Positions 49,101-62,300 of a stretch of DNA of 64,000 bases are shown piece by piece. Under the pieces are notes generated by a model. It made no database searches. It saw only the letters and a list, made by a program, of their open reading frames with translations, and was not told where the DNA came from. Source of the stretch: Eledone cirrhosa (Eukaryota). The stretch's first letter is position 1; each line of letters begins with the position of its first letter. A program made the translations under genes and the position numbers. The stretch spans positions 422,964,001-423,028,000 of the forward strand of contig OZ024740.1 in the NCBI GenBank assembly GCA_964016885.1, in the 5' to 3' direction.

Positions 49101-52100
49101 ATGGAGAAGGTCAGAAGTGTGGAGAGAGTGGTTGACAGGTCTGGATGTAAGGAGAGCTAGACCTTAGGACAGAGAGGAGGTGTTGATGGAGAAGGTCAGA
49201 AGTGTGGAGAGAGTGGTTGGCAGGTCTGGATGTAAGGAGAGCTAGACCTTAGGACAGAGAGGAGGTGTTGATAGAGAAGGTCAGAAGTGTGGAGAGAGTG
49301 GTAGAGAGGTCTGGATGTAAGGAGAGCTGGACCTTAGGACATAGAGGAGGTGTTGATAGAGAAGGTCAGAAGTGTGGAGAGAGTGGTTGACAGGTCTGGA
49401 TGTAAGGAGAGCTGGACCTTAGGACAGAGAGGAGGTGTTGATAGAGAAGGTCAGAAGTGTGGAGAGAGTGGTAGAGAGGTCTGGATGTAAGGAGAGCTAG
49501 ACCTTAGGACAGAGAGGAGGTGTTGATAGAGAAGGTCAGATGTGTGGAGAGAGTGGTAGAGAGGTCTGGATGTAAGGAGAGCTAGACCTTAGGACAGAGA
49601 GGAGGTGTTGATAGAGAAGGTCAGAAGTGTGGAGAGAGTGGTAGAGAGGTCTGGATGTAAGGAGAGCTAGGCCTTAGGACAGAGAGGAGGTGTTGATAGA
49701 GAAGGTCAGAAGTGTGGAGAGAGTGGTAGAGAGGTCTGGATGTAAGGAGAGCTGGACCTTAGGACATAGAGGAGGTGTTGATAGAGAAGGTCAGAAGTGT
49801 GGAGAGAGTGGTAGAGAGGTCTGGATGTAAGGAGAGCTAGACCTTAGGACAGAGAGGAGGTGTTGATAGAGAAGGTCAGAAGTGTGGAGAGAGTGGTTGA
49901 CAGGTCTGGATGTAAGGAGAGCTAGACCTTAGGACAGAGAAGAGGTGTTGATGGAGAAGGTCAGAAGTGTGGAGAGAGTGGTTGACAGGTCTGGATGTAA
50001 GGAGAGCTAGACCTTAGGAAAGAGAGGAGGTGTTGATAGAGAAGGTCAGAAGTCTGGAGAGAGTGGTTGACAGGTCTGGATGTAAGGAGAGCTAGACCTT
50101 AGGACTGAGAGGAGATGTTGATAGAGAATGTCAGAAGTGTGGAGAGAGTGGTTGACAGGTCTTGATGTAAGGAGAGCTAGAGCTTAGGACAGAGAGGAGG
50201 TGTTGATGGAGAATGTAAGAAGTGTGGAGAGAGTGGTTGACAGGTCTGGATGTAAGGAGAGCTAGACCTTAGGACAGAGAAGAGGTGTTGATGGAGAAGG
50301 TCAGAAGTGTGGAGAGAGTGGTAGAGAGGTCTGGATGTAAGGACAGCTGGACCTCAGGACAGAGAGGAGGTGTTGATAGAGAAGGTCAGAAGTGTGGAGA
50401 GAGTGGTTGACAGGTCTGGATGTAAGGAGAGCTAGACCTTAGGACAGAGAGGAGGTGTTGATGGAGAAGGTAAGAAGTTTGGAGAGAATGGTTGACAGGT
50501 CTGGATGTAAGGAGAGGTGGACCTTAGGACAGAGAGGAGGTGTTGATTGAGAAGGTCAGAAGTGTGGAGAGAGTGGTTGACAGGTCTGGATGTAAGGAGA
50601 GCTGGACCTTAGGACAGAGAGGAGGTGTTGATAGAGAAGGTAAGATGTGTGGAGAGAGTGGTTAAAAGGTCTGGATGTAAGGAGAGCTGGACCTTAGGAC
50701 AGAGAGAAGGTGTTTATAGAGAAGGTCAGAAGTGTGGAGAGAGTGGTTTACAGGTCTGGATGTAAGGAGAGCTAGACCTTAGGACAGAGAGGAGGTGTTG
50801 ATGGAGAAGTTCAGACGTGTGGAGAGAGTGGTTGACAGGTCTGGATGTAAGGAGAGCTGGGCCTTAGGAAAGAGAGGAGGTGTTGATAGAGAAGGTCAGA
50901 AGTGTGGAGAGAGTGGTAGAGAGGTCTGGATGTAAGGAGAGCTAGACCTTTGGACAGAGAGGAGGTGTTGATAGAGAAGGTCAGAAGTGTGGAGAGAGTG
51001 GTAGAGAGGTCTGGATGTAAGGAGAGCTGGACCTTAGTACATAGAAAAGGTGTTGATAGAGAAGATCAGAAGTGTGGAGAGAGTGGTTGACAGGTCTGGA
51101 TGTATGGAGAGCTAGACCTTAGGACAGAGAGGAGGTGTTGATGGGGAAGCTAAGATTTGTGGAAAGAGTGGTTGACAGGTCTGGATGTAAGGAGAGCTAG
51201 ACCTTAGGACAGAGAGGAGGTGTTGATGGAGAAGGTCAGAAGTGTGGAGAGAGTGGTTGACAGGTCTGGATGTAAGGAGAGCTGTACCTTAGGACAGAGA
51301 GGAGGTGTTGATAGAGAAGGTCAGAAGTGTGGAGAGAGTGGTTGACAGGTCTGGATGTAAGGAGAACTAGACCTTAGGACAGAGAGGAGGTTTTTATAGA
51401 GAAAGTCAGAAGTGTGGAGAGAGTGGTTGACAGGTCTGGATGTAAGGAGAGCTAGACCTTAGGACAGAGAAGAGGTGTTGATAGAGAAGGTCAGAATTGT
51501 GGAGAGATTGGTTGACAGGTCTGGATGTAAGGAGAGCTGGACCTTAGGACAGAGAGGAGGTGTTGTTTGAGAATGTCAGAAGTGTGGAGAGAGTGGTTGA
51601 CAGGTCTGGATGTAAGGAGAGCTAGACCTTAGGACAGAGAGGAGGTGTTGATGGAGAAGGTCAGAAGTGTGGAGAGAGTGGTTGACAGGTCTGGATGTAA
51701 TGAGAGCTAGACCTTAGGACAGAGAGGAGTTGTTGATAGAGAAGGTCAGAAGTGTGGAGAGAGTGGTTGTCAGGTCTGGATGTAAGGAGAGCTAGACCTT
51801 AGGACAGAGAGGAGGTGTTGATAGAGAAGATCAGAAGTGTGGAGAGAGTGGTTGACAGGTCTGGATGTAAGGAGAACTGGACCTTAGGACAGAGAGGAGG
51901 TGTTGATAGAGAAGGTCAGAAGTGTGGAGAGAGTGGTTGACAGGTCTGGATGTAAGGAGAGCTAGACCTTAGGAAAGAGAGGAGGTGTTGATAGAGAAGG
52001 TCAGATGTGTGGAGAGAGTGGTTGACAGGTCTGGATGTGAGGAGAGCTGAACCTTAGGACAGAGAGAAGGTGTTGATAGAGAAGGTCGGATGTGTGGAGA

Positions 52101-52656
52101 GAGTGGTTGACAGGTCTGGATGTAAGGAGAGCTAGACCTTAGGAAAGAGAGGAGGTGTTGATAGAGAAGGTCAGAAGTGTGGAGAGAGTGGTTGACAGGT
52201 CTGGATGTAAGGAGAGCTAGACCTTAGGACTGAGAGGAGATGTTGATAGAGAAGGTCAGAAGTGTGGAGAGAGTGGTTGACAGGTCTGGATGTAAGGAGA
52301 GCTAGACCTTAGGACAGAGAGGAGGTGTTGATAGAGAAGGTCAGAAGTGTGGAGAGAGTGGTTGACAGGTCTGGATGTAAGGAGAGCTAGACATTAGGAC
52401 AGAGAGGAGGTGTTGATAGAGATGGTCAGACGTGTGGAGAGAGTGATTGACAGGTCTGGATGTAAGGAGAGCTAGACCTTAGGAAAGAGAGGATGTGTAG
52501 ATAGAGAAGGTCAGAAGCGTGGAGAGAGTGGTAGAGAAGTCTGGATGTAAGGAGAGCTAGACCTTAGGACAGAGAGGAGGTGTTGATAGAGAAGGTCAGA
52601 AGTGTGGAGAGAGTGGTAGAGAGGTCTGGATGTAAGGAGAGCTAGACCTTAGGACA
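43102..52656 (+). repeat. Higher-order duplication, period 4760 bp (exactly 56 monomers), 2 copies
   Basis: CATGTCTGGG lies at 43271 and 48031, and TAGTACATAGAAAAGG at about 46275 and 51035. No difference was noticed by eye. 56x85=4760. Confidence 0.95.
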
Positions 52657-55600
52657 TAGAGGAGGTGTTGATAGAGAAGGTCAGAAGTGTGGAGAGAGTG
52701 GTTGACAGGTCTGGATGTAAGGAGAGCTAGACATTAGGACAGAGAAGAGGTGTTGATGGAGAAGGTAAGAAGTTTGGAGAGAATGGTTGACAGGTCTGGA
52801 TGTAAGGAGAGGTGGACCTTAGGACAGAGAGGAGGTGTTGATGGAGAAGGTCAGAAGTGTGGAGAGAGTAGTTGACAGGTCTGGATGTAAGGAGACCTAG
52901 ACCTTCGGAAAGAGAGGAGGTGTTGATAGAGAAGGTCAGAAGTGTGGAGAGAGTGGTTGACAGGTCTTAATGTAAGGAGAGCTAGACCTTAGGACAGAGA
53001 AGAGGTGTTGATAGAGAAGGTCAGAAGTGTGGAAAGAGTGGTTGACAGGTCTGGATGTAAGGAGAGCTAGACCTTAGGACAGAAGGGAGGTGTTGATAGA
53101 GGTCAGAAGTGTGGAGAGAGTGGTTGACAGGTCTGGATGTAAGGAGAGCTGGATCTTAGGACAAAGAGGAGGTGTTGATTGAGTAGGTCAGAAGTGTGGA
53201 GAGAGTGGTTGACAGGTCTGGATGTAAGGAGAGCTAGACCTTAGGAATGAGAGGAGGTGTTGATAAAGAAGGTCAGACGTGTGGAGAGAGTGGTTGACAG
53301 GTCTGGATGTAAGGAGAGCTAGACCTTAGGACAGAGAGGCGGTGTTGATAGAGAAGGTCAGAAGTGTAGAGAGAGTGGTAGAGAGGTCTGGATGTAAGGA
53401 GAGCTAGACCTTAGGACAGAGAGGAGGCGTTGATAGAGAATGTCAGAAGTGTGGAGAGAGTGGTAGAGAGGTCTGGATGTAAGGAGAGCTGGACTTTAGG
53501 ACATAGAGGAGGTGTTGATAGAGAAGGTCAGAAGTGTGGAGAGAGTGGTTGACAGGTCTGGATGTAAGGAGAGCTAGACCTTAGGACTGAGAGGAGATGT
53601 TGATAGAGAAGGTCAGAAGTGTGGAGAGAGTGGTTGACAGGTCTGCATGTAAGGAGAGCTAGACCTTAGGAAAGAGAGTAGGTGTTGATAGAGAAGGTCA
53701 GAAGTGTGGAGGGAGTGGTTGACAGGTCTGGATGTAAGGAGAGCTAGACCTCAGGACAGAGAGGAGGTGTTGATGGAGAATGTAAGAAGTGTGGAGAGAG
53801 TGGTTGACAGGTATGGATGTAAGGACAGCTGGACCTTAGGACAGAGAGGAGGTGTTGATAGAGAAGGTCAGAAGTGTGGAGAGAGTGGTTGACAGGTCTG
53901 GATGTAAGGAGAGCTAGACCTTAGGACAGAGAGGAGGTGTTGATGGAGAATGTAAGAAGTGTGGAGAGAGTGGTTGACAGGTCTGGATGTAAGGACAGCT
54001 GGACCTTAGGACAGAGAGGAGGTGTTGATAGAGAAGATCAGAAGTGTGGAGAGAGTGGTTGACAGGTCTGGATGTAAGGAGAGCTAGACCTTAGGACAGA
54101 GAGGAGGTGTTGATAGAGAAGGTCAGAAGTGTGGAGAGAGTGGTAGAGAGGTCTGGATGTAAGGAGAGCTGGACCTTAGGACATAGAGGAGGTGTTGTTA
54201 GAGAAGGTCAGATGTGTGGAGAGAGTGGTAGAGAGGTCTGGATGTAAGGAGAGCTAGACCTTAGGACAGAGAGGAGGTGTTGATAGAGAAGGTCAGATGT
54301 GTGGAGAGAGTGGTATAGAGGTCTGGATGTAAGGAGAGCTAGACCTTAGGACAGAGAGGACATGTTGATAGAGAAGGTCAGATATGTGGAGAGAGTGGTT
54401 GACAGGTCTGGATGTAAGCAGAGCTGGACCTTAGGAGAGAGAGGAGGTGTTGATGGGGAAGGTAAGATGTGTCGAGAGAGTGGTTGACAGGTCTGGATGT
54501 AAGGAGAGCTAGACGTTAGGACAGAGAAGAGGTGTTGATGGAGAAGGTCAGAAGTGTGGAGAGAGTGGTTGACAGGTCTGGATGTAAGGAGAGCTGGACC
54601 TTAGGACAGAATTGAGGTGTTGATAGAGAAGGTCAGAAGTGTGGAGAGAGTGGTTGACAGGTCTGGATGTAAGGAGAGCCAGACCTTAGGAAAGAGAAGA
54701 GGTGTTGATAGAGAAGGTCAGAAGTGTGGAGAGAGTGGTTGACAGGTCTGGATGTAAGGAGAGCTAGACCTTAGGGCTGAGAGGAGATGTTGATAGAGAA
54801 GGTCAGACGTGTGGAGAGAGTGGTTGACAGGTCTGGATGTAAGGAGAGCTACACCTTAGGACAGAGAGGATGTGTTGATGGAGAAGGAAAGAAGTGTGGA
54901 GAGAGTTGTTGACAGGTCTGGATGTAAGGAGAGGTGGACCTTAGGACAGAGAGGAGGTGTTGATTGAGAAGGTCAGATGTGTGGAGAGAGTGGTTGACAG
55001 GTCTGGATGTAAGGAGAGCTAGACCTTAGGAAAGAGAGGAGGTGTTGATAGAGAAGGTCAGAAGTGTGGAGAGAGTGGTTGACAGGTCTGGATGTAAGGA
55101 GAGCTGGACCATAGGAGAGAGAGGAGGTGTTGTTTGAGAAGGTCAGAAGTGTGGAGAGAGTGGTTGACAGGTCTGGATGTAAGGAGAGCTAGACCTTAGG
55201 GCTGAGAGGAGATGTTGATAGAGAAGGTCAGACGTGTGGAGAGAGTGGTTGACAGGTCTGGATGTAAGGAGAGCTACACCTTAGGACAGAGAGGAGGTGT
55301 TGATGGAGAAGGAAAGAAGTGTGGAGAGAGTTGTTGACAGGTCTGGATGTAAGGAGAGGTGGACCTTAGGACAGAGAGGAGGTGTTGATTGAGAAGGTCA
55401 GATGTGTGGAGAGAGTGGTTGACAGGTCTGGATGTAAGGAGAACTAGACCTTAGGAAAGAGAGGAGGTGTTGATAGAGAAGGTCAGAAGTGTGGAGAGAG
55501 TGGTTGACAGGTCTGGATGTAAGGAGAGCTAGACCTTAGGACATAGAGGAGGTGTTGATAGAGAAGGTCAGAAGTGTGGAAAGAGTGGTTGACAGGTCTG

Positions 55601-58600
55601 GATGTAAGGAGAGCTAGACCTTAGGAAAGAGAGGAGGTGTTGATAGAGAAGGTCAGAAGTGTGGAGAGAGTGGTTGACAGGTCTGGATGTAAGGAGAGCT
55701 AGACCTTAGGAAAGAGAGGAGGTGTTGATAGAGAAGGTCAGATGTGTGGAGAGAGTGGTTGACAGGTCTGGATGTGAGGAGAGCTGAACCTTAGGACAGA
55801 GAGAAGGTGTTGATAGAGAAGGTCGGATGTGTGGAGAGAGTGGTTGACAGGTCTGGATGTAAGGAGAGCTAGACCTTAGGAAAGAGAGGAGGTGTTGATA
55901 GAGAAGGTCAGAAGTGTGGAGAGAGTGGTTGACAGGTCTGGATGTAAGGAGAGCTAGACCTTAGGACTGAGAGGAGATGTTGATAGAGAAGGTCAGAAGT
56001 GTGGAGAGAGTGGTTGACAGGTCTGGATGTAAGGAGAGCTAGACCTTAGGACAGAGAGGAGGTGTTGATAGAGAAGGTCAGAAGTGTGGAGAGAGTGGTT
56101 GACAGGTCTGGATGTAAGGAGAGCTAGACATTAGGACAGAGAGGAGGTGTTGATAGAGATGGTCAGACGTGTGGAGAGAGTGATTGACAGGTCTGGATGT
56201 AAGGAGAGCTAGACCTTAGGAAAGAGAGGATGTGTAGATAGAGAAGGTCAGAAGCGTGGAGAGAGTGGTAGAGAAGTCTGGATGTAAGGAGAGCTAGACC
56301 TTAGGACAGAGAGGAGGTGTTGATAGAGAAGGTCAGAAGTGTGGAGAGAGTGGTAGAGAGGTCTGGATGTAAGGAGAGCTAGACCTTAGGACATAGAGGA
56401 GGTGTTGATAGAGAAGGTCAGAAGTGTGGAGAGAGTGGTTGACAGGTCTGGATGTAAGGAGAGCTAGACATTAGGACAGAGAAGAGGTGTTGATGGAGAA
56501 GGTAAGAAGTTTGGAGAGAATGGTTGACAGGTCTGGATGTAAGGAGAGGTGGACCTTAGGACAGAGAGGAGGTGTTGATGGAGAAGGTCAGAAGTGTGGA
56601 GAGAGTAGTTGACAGGTCTGGATGTAAGGAGACCTAGACCTTCGGAAAGAGAGGAGGTGTTGATAGAGAAGGTCAGAAGTGTGGAGAGAGTGGTTGACAG
56701 GTCTGGATGTAAGGAGAGCTAGACCTTAGGACAGAGAGGATGTGTTGATAGAGAAGATCAGAAGTGTGGAGAGAGTGGTTGACAGGTCTGGATGTAAGGA
56801 GAACTGGACCTTAGGAAAGAGAGGAGGTGTTGATAGAGAAGATCAGAAGTGTGGAGAGAGTGGTTGACAGGTCTTAATGTAAGGAGAGCTAGACCTTAGG
56901 ACAGAGAAGAGGTGTTGATAGAGAAGGTCAGAAGTGTGGAAAGAGTGGTTGACAGGTCTGGATGTAAGGAGAGCTAGACCTTAGGACAGAAGGGAGGTGT
57001 TGATAGAGGTCAGAAGTGTGGAGAGAGTGGTTGACAGGTCTGGATGTAAGGAGAGCTGGATCTTAGGACAAAGAGGAGGTGTTGATTGAGTAGGTCAGAA
57101 GTGTGGAGAGAGTGGTTGACAGGTCTGGATGTAAGGAGAGCTAGACCTTAGGAATGAGAGGAGGTGTTGATAAAGAAGGTCAGACGTGTGGAGAGAGTGG
57201 TTGACAGGTCTGGATGTAAGGAGAGCTAGACCTTAGGACAGAGAGGCGGTGTTGATAGAGAAGGTCAGAAGTGTAGAGAGAGTGGTAGAGAGGTCTGGAT
57301 GTAAGGAGAGCTAGACCTTAGGACAGAGAGGAGGCGTTGATAGAGAATGTCAGAAGTGTGGAGAGAGTGGTAGAGAGGTCTGGATGTAAGGAGAGCTGGA
57401 CTTTAGGACATAGAGGAGGTGTTGATAGAGAAGGTCAGAAGTGTGGAGAGAGTGGTTGACAGGTCTGGATGTAAGGAGAGCTAGACCTTAGGACTGAGAG
57501 GAGATGTTGATAGAGAAGGTCAGAAGTGTGGAGAGAGTGGTTGACAGGTCTGCATGTAAGGAGAGCTAGACCTTAGGAAAGAGAGTAGGTGTTGATAGAG
57601 AAGGTCAGAAGTGTGGAGGGAGTGGTTGACAGGTCTGGATGTAAGGAGAGCTAGACCTCAGGACAGAGAGGAGGTGTTGATGGAGAATGTAAGAAGTGTG
57701 GAGAGAGTGGTTGACAGGTATGGATGTAAGGACAGCTGGACCTTAGGACAGAGAGGAGGTGTTGATAGAGAAGGTCAGAAGTGTGGAGAGAGTGGTTGAC
57801 AGGTCTGGATGTAAGGAGAGCTAGACCTTAGGACAGAGAGGAGGTGTTGATGGAGAATGTAAGAAGTGTGGAGAGAGTGGTTGACAGGTCTGGATGTAAG
57901 GACAGCTGGACCTTAGGACAGAGAGGAGGTGTTGATAGAGAAGATCAGAAGTGTGGAGAGAGTGGTTGACAGGTCTGGATGTAAGGAGAGCTAGACCTTA
58001 GGACAGAGAGGAGGTGTTGATAGAGAAGGTCAGAAGTGTGGAGAGAGTGGTAGAGAGGTCTGGATGTAAGGAGAGCTGGACCTTAGGACATAGAGGAGGT
58101 GTTGTTAGAGAAGGTCAGATGTGTGGAGAGAGTGGTAGAGAGGTCTGGATGTAAGGAGAGCTAGACCTTAGGACAGAGAGGAGGTGTTGATAGAGAAGGT
58201 CAGATGTGTGGAGAGAGTGGTATAGAGGTCTGGATGTAAGGAGAGCTAGACCTTAGGACAGAGAGGACATGTTGATAGAGAAGGTCAGATATGTGGAGAG
58301 AGTGGTTGACAGGTCTGGATGTAAGCAGAGCTGGACCTTAGGAGAGAGAGGAGGTGTTGATGGGGAAGGTAAGATGTGTCGAGAGAGTGGTTGACAGGTC
58401 TGGATGTAAGGAGAGCTAGACGTTAGGACAGAGAAGAGGTGTTGATGGAGAAGGTCAGAAGTGTGGAGAGAGTGGTTGACAGGTCTGGATGTAAGGAGAG
58501 CTGGACCTTAGGACAGAATTGAGGTGTTGATAGAGAAGGTCAGAAGTGTGGAGAGAGTGGTTGACAGGTCTGGATGTAAGGAGAGCCAGACCTTAGGAAA

Positions 58601-59346
58601 GAGAGGAGGTGTTGATAGAGAAGGTCAGAAGTGTGGAGAGAGTGGTTGACAGGTCTGGATGTAAGGAGAGCTAGACCTTAGGGCTGAGAGGAGATGTTGA
58701 TAGAGAAGGTCAGACGTGTGGAGAGAGTGGTTGACAGGTCTGGATGTAAGGAGAGCTACACCTTAGGACAGAGAGGATGTGTTGATGGAGAAGGAAAGAA
58801 GTGTGGAGAGAGTTGTTGACAGGTCTGGATGTAAGGAGAGGTGGACCTTAGGACAGAGAGGAGGTGTTGATTGAGAAGGTCAGATGTGTGGAGAGAGTGG
58901 TTGACAGGTCTGGATGTAAGGAGAGCTAGACCTTAGGAAAGAGAGGAGGTGTTGATAGAGAAGGTCAGAAGTGTGGAGAGAGTGGTTGACAGGTCTGGAT
59001 GTAAGGAGAGCTGGACCATAGGAGAGAGAGGAGGTGTTGTTTGAGAAGGTCAGACGTGTGGAGAGAGTGGTTGACAGGTCTGGATGTAAGGAGAGCTACA
59101 CCTTAGGACAGAGAGGAGGTGTTGATGGAGAAGGAAAGAAGTGTGGAGAGAGTTGTTGACAGGTCTGGATGTAAGGAGAGGTGGACCTTAGGACAGAGAG
59201 GAGGTGTTGATTGAGAAGGTCAGATGTGTGGAGAGAGTGGTTGACAGGTCTGGATGTAAGGAGAACTAGACCTTAGGAAAGAGAGGAGGTGTTGATAGAG
59301 AAGGTCAGAAGTGTGGAGAGAGTGGTTGACAGGTCTGGATGTAAGG
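51891..59346 (+). repeat. Higher-order duplication whose offset changes by whole monomers (3737, then 3907, then 3822 bp); a diverged partial third copy lies at about 59600-61600
   Basis: GAGCTGAACC lies at 52044 and 55781 (offset 3737). Identical ORFs lie at 53704 and 57611 (offset 3907). The markers GGACATGTTG, GTCGAGAG and GAATTGAGG occur at about 54.4-54.6, 58.3-58.5 and 60.9-61.2 kb. Confidence 0.88.
54720..55520 (+). repeat. Local 425-bp (5-monomer) duplication
   Basis: TTAGGGCTGAG lies at 54771 and 55196, each followed by CTACACC, GGAAAGAAG and GAGTTGTTGAC. Confidence 0.85.
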
Positions 59347-62300
59347 CGAGCTAGACCTTAGGAAAGAGAGGAAGTGTTGATAGAGAAGGTCAGAAGTGTG
59401 GAGAGAGTGGTTGACAGGTCTGGATGTAAGGAGAGCTAGACCATAGGACTGAGAGGAGATGTTGATGGAGAAGGTAAGAAGTTTGGAGAGAATGGTTGAC
59501 AGGTCTGGATGTAATGAGAGCTAGACCTTAGGAAAGAGAGGAGTTGTTGATAGAGAAGGTCAGAAGTGTGGAGAGAGTGGTTGACAGGTCTGGATGTAAG
59601 GAGAGCTAGACCTTAGGACAGAGAGGAGGTGTTGATAGAGAAGATCAGAAGTGTGGAGAGAGTGGTTGACAGGTCTGGATGTAAGGAGAACTGGACCTTA
59701 GGAAAGAGAGGAGGTGTTGATAGAGAAGATCAGAAGTGTGGAGAGAGTGGTTGACAGGTCTTAATGTAAGGAGAGCTGGATCTTAGGACGGAGAGGAGGT
59801 GTTGATAGAGAAGGTCAGAAGTGTGGAAAGAGTGGTTGACAGGTCTGGATGTAAGGAGAGCTAGACCTTAGGACAGAAGGGAGGTGTTGATAGAGGTCAG
59901 AAGTGTGGAGAGAGTGGTTGACAGGTCTGGATGTAAGGAGAGCTGGATCTTAGGACAAAGAGGAGGTGTTGATTGAGTAGGTCAGAAGTGTGGAGAGAGT
60001 GGTTGACAGGTCTGGATGTAAGGAGAGCTAGACCTTAGGAATGAGAGGAGGTGTTGATAAAGAAGGTCAGACGTGTGGAGAGAGTGGTTGACAGGTCTGG
60101 ATGTAAGGAGAGCTAGACCTTAGGACAGAGAGGCGGTGTTGATAGAGAAGGTCAGAAGTGTGGAGAGAGTGGTAGAGAGGTCTGGATGTAAGGAGAGCTA
60201 GACCTTAGGACAGAGAAGAGGTGTTGATAGAGAAGGTCAGAAGTGTGGAGAGAGTGGTAGAGAGGTCTGGATGTAAGGAGAGCTGGACCTTAGGACATAG
60301 AGGAGGTGTTGATAGAGAAGGTCAGAAGTGTGGAGAGAGTGGTTGACAGGTCTGGATGTAACGAGAGCTAGACCTTAGGACTGAGAGGAGTTGTTGATAG
60401 AGAAGGTCAGAAGTGTGGAGAGAGTGGTTGACAGGTCTGCATGTAAGGAGAGCTAGACCTTAGGAAAGAGAGGAGGTGTTGAGAGAGAAGGTCAGAAGTG
60501 TGGAGGGAGTGGTTGACAGGTCTGGATGTAAGGAGAGCTAGACCTTAGGAAAGAGAGGAGGTGTTGATAGAGAAGGTCAGAATTGTGGAGAGAGTGGTTG
60601 ACAGGTCTGGATGTAAGGAGAGCTAGACCTTAGGACAGAGAGGAGGTGTTGATAGAGAAGGTCAGAAGTGTGGAGAGAGTGGTAGAGAGGTCTGGATGTA
60701 AGGAGAGCTGGACCTTAGGACATAGAGGAGGTGTTGTTAGAGAAGGTCAGATGTGTGGAGAGAGTGGTAGAGAGGTCTGGATGTAAGGAGAGCTAGACCT
60801 TAGGACAGAGAGGAGGTGTTGATAGAGAAGGTCAGATGTGTGGAGAGAGTGGTATAGAGGTCTGGATGTAAGGAGAGCTAGACCTTAGGACAGAGAGGAC
60901 ATGTTGATAGAGAAGGTCAGATATGTGGAGAGAGTGGTTGACAGGTCTGGATGTAAGGAGAGCTGGACCTTAGGAGAGAGAGGAGGTGTTGATGGGGAAG
61001 ATAAGATGTGTCGAGAGAGTGGTTGACAGGTCTGGATGTAAGGAGAGCGAGACGTTAGGACAGAGAAGAGGTGTTGATGGAGAAGGTCAGAAGTGTGGAG
61101 AGAGTGGTTGACAGGTCTGGATGTAAGGAGAGCTGGACCTTAGGACAGAATTGAGGTGTTGATAGAGAAGGTCAGAAGTGTGGAGAGAGTGGTTGACAGG
61201 TCTGGATGTAAGGAGAGCCAGACCTTAGGAAAGAGAGGAGGTGTTGATAGAGAAGGTCAGAAGTGTGGAGAGAGTGGTTGACAGGTCTGGATGTAAGGAG
61301 AGCTAGACCTTAGGGCTGAGAGGAGATGTTGATAGAGAAGGTCAGACGTGTGGAGAGAGTGGTTGACAGGTCTGGATGTAAGGAGAGCTACACCTTAGGA
61401 CAGAGAGGAGGTGTTGATGGAGAAGGAAAGAAGTGTGGAGAGAGTTGTTGACAGGTGTGGATGTAAGGAGAGGTGGACCTTAGGACAGAGAGGAGGTGTT
61501 GATTGAGAAGGTCAGATGTGTGGAGAGAGTGGTTGACAGGTCTGGATGTAAGGAGAGCTAGACCTTAGGAAAGAGAGGAGGTGTTGATAGAGAAGGTCAG
61601 AAGTGTGGAGAGAGTGGTTGACAGGTCTGGATGTAAGGAGAGCTAGACCTTAGGAAAGAGAGGAGGGGTTGATAGAGAAGGTCAGAAGTGTGGAGAGAGT
61701 GGTTGACAGGTCTGGATGTAAGGAGAGCTAGACCTTAGGACAGAGAGGAGGTGTTGATAGACAAGGTCAGAAGTGTGGAGAGAGTGTCAGAGAGGTCTGG
61801 ATGTAAGGAGAGCTAGACCTTAGGACAGAGAGGAGGTGTTGATAGAGAAGGTCAGAAGTGTGGAGAGAGTGGTAGAGAGGTCTGGATGTAAGGAGAGCTG
61901 GACCTTAGGACAGAGAGGAGATGTTGATAAAGAAGGTCAGAAGTGTAGAGAGAGTGGTTGACAGGTCTGGATGTAAGGAGAACTGGACCTTAGGAAAGAG
62001 AGGTGTTGATAGAGAAGATCAGAAGTGTGGAGAGAGTGGTTGACAGGTCTGGATGTAAGGAGAGCTGGACCTTGGGAGAAAGAGGAGGTGTTGATGTGGA
62101 AGGTAAGATGTGTGGAGAGAGTGGTTGACAGGTCTGGATGTAAGGAGAGCTAGACCTTAGGACAGAGAGGAGGTGTTGATGGAGAAGGTAAGAAGTGTGG
62201 AGAGAGTGGTTGACAGGTCTGGATGTAAGGAGAGCTAGACCTTAGGACAGAGAAGAGGTGTTGATGGAGAAGGTCAGAAGTGTGGAGAGAGTGGTTGACA

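Noticed and set aside
32651-57799. Four 62-aa plus-strand ORFs (32651, 38925, 53704, 57611)
   Set aside because: They are GTG-start readings of the repeat that exist only where the TAG in CCTTAGG is mutated (TAT or CAG). They have no recognisable domain or coding signal.
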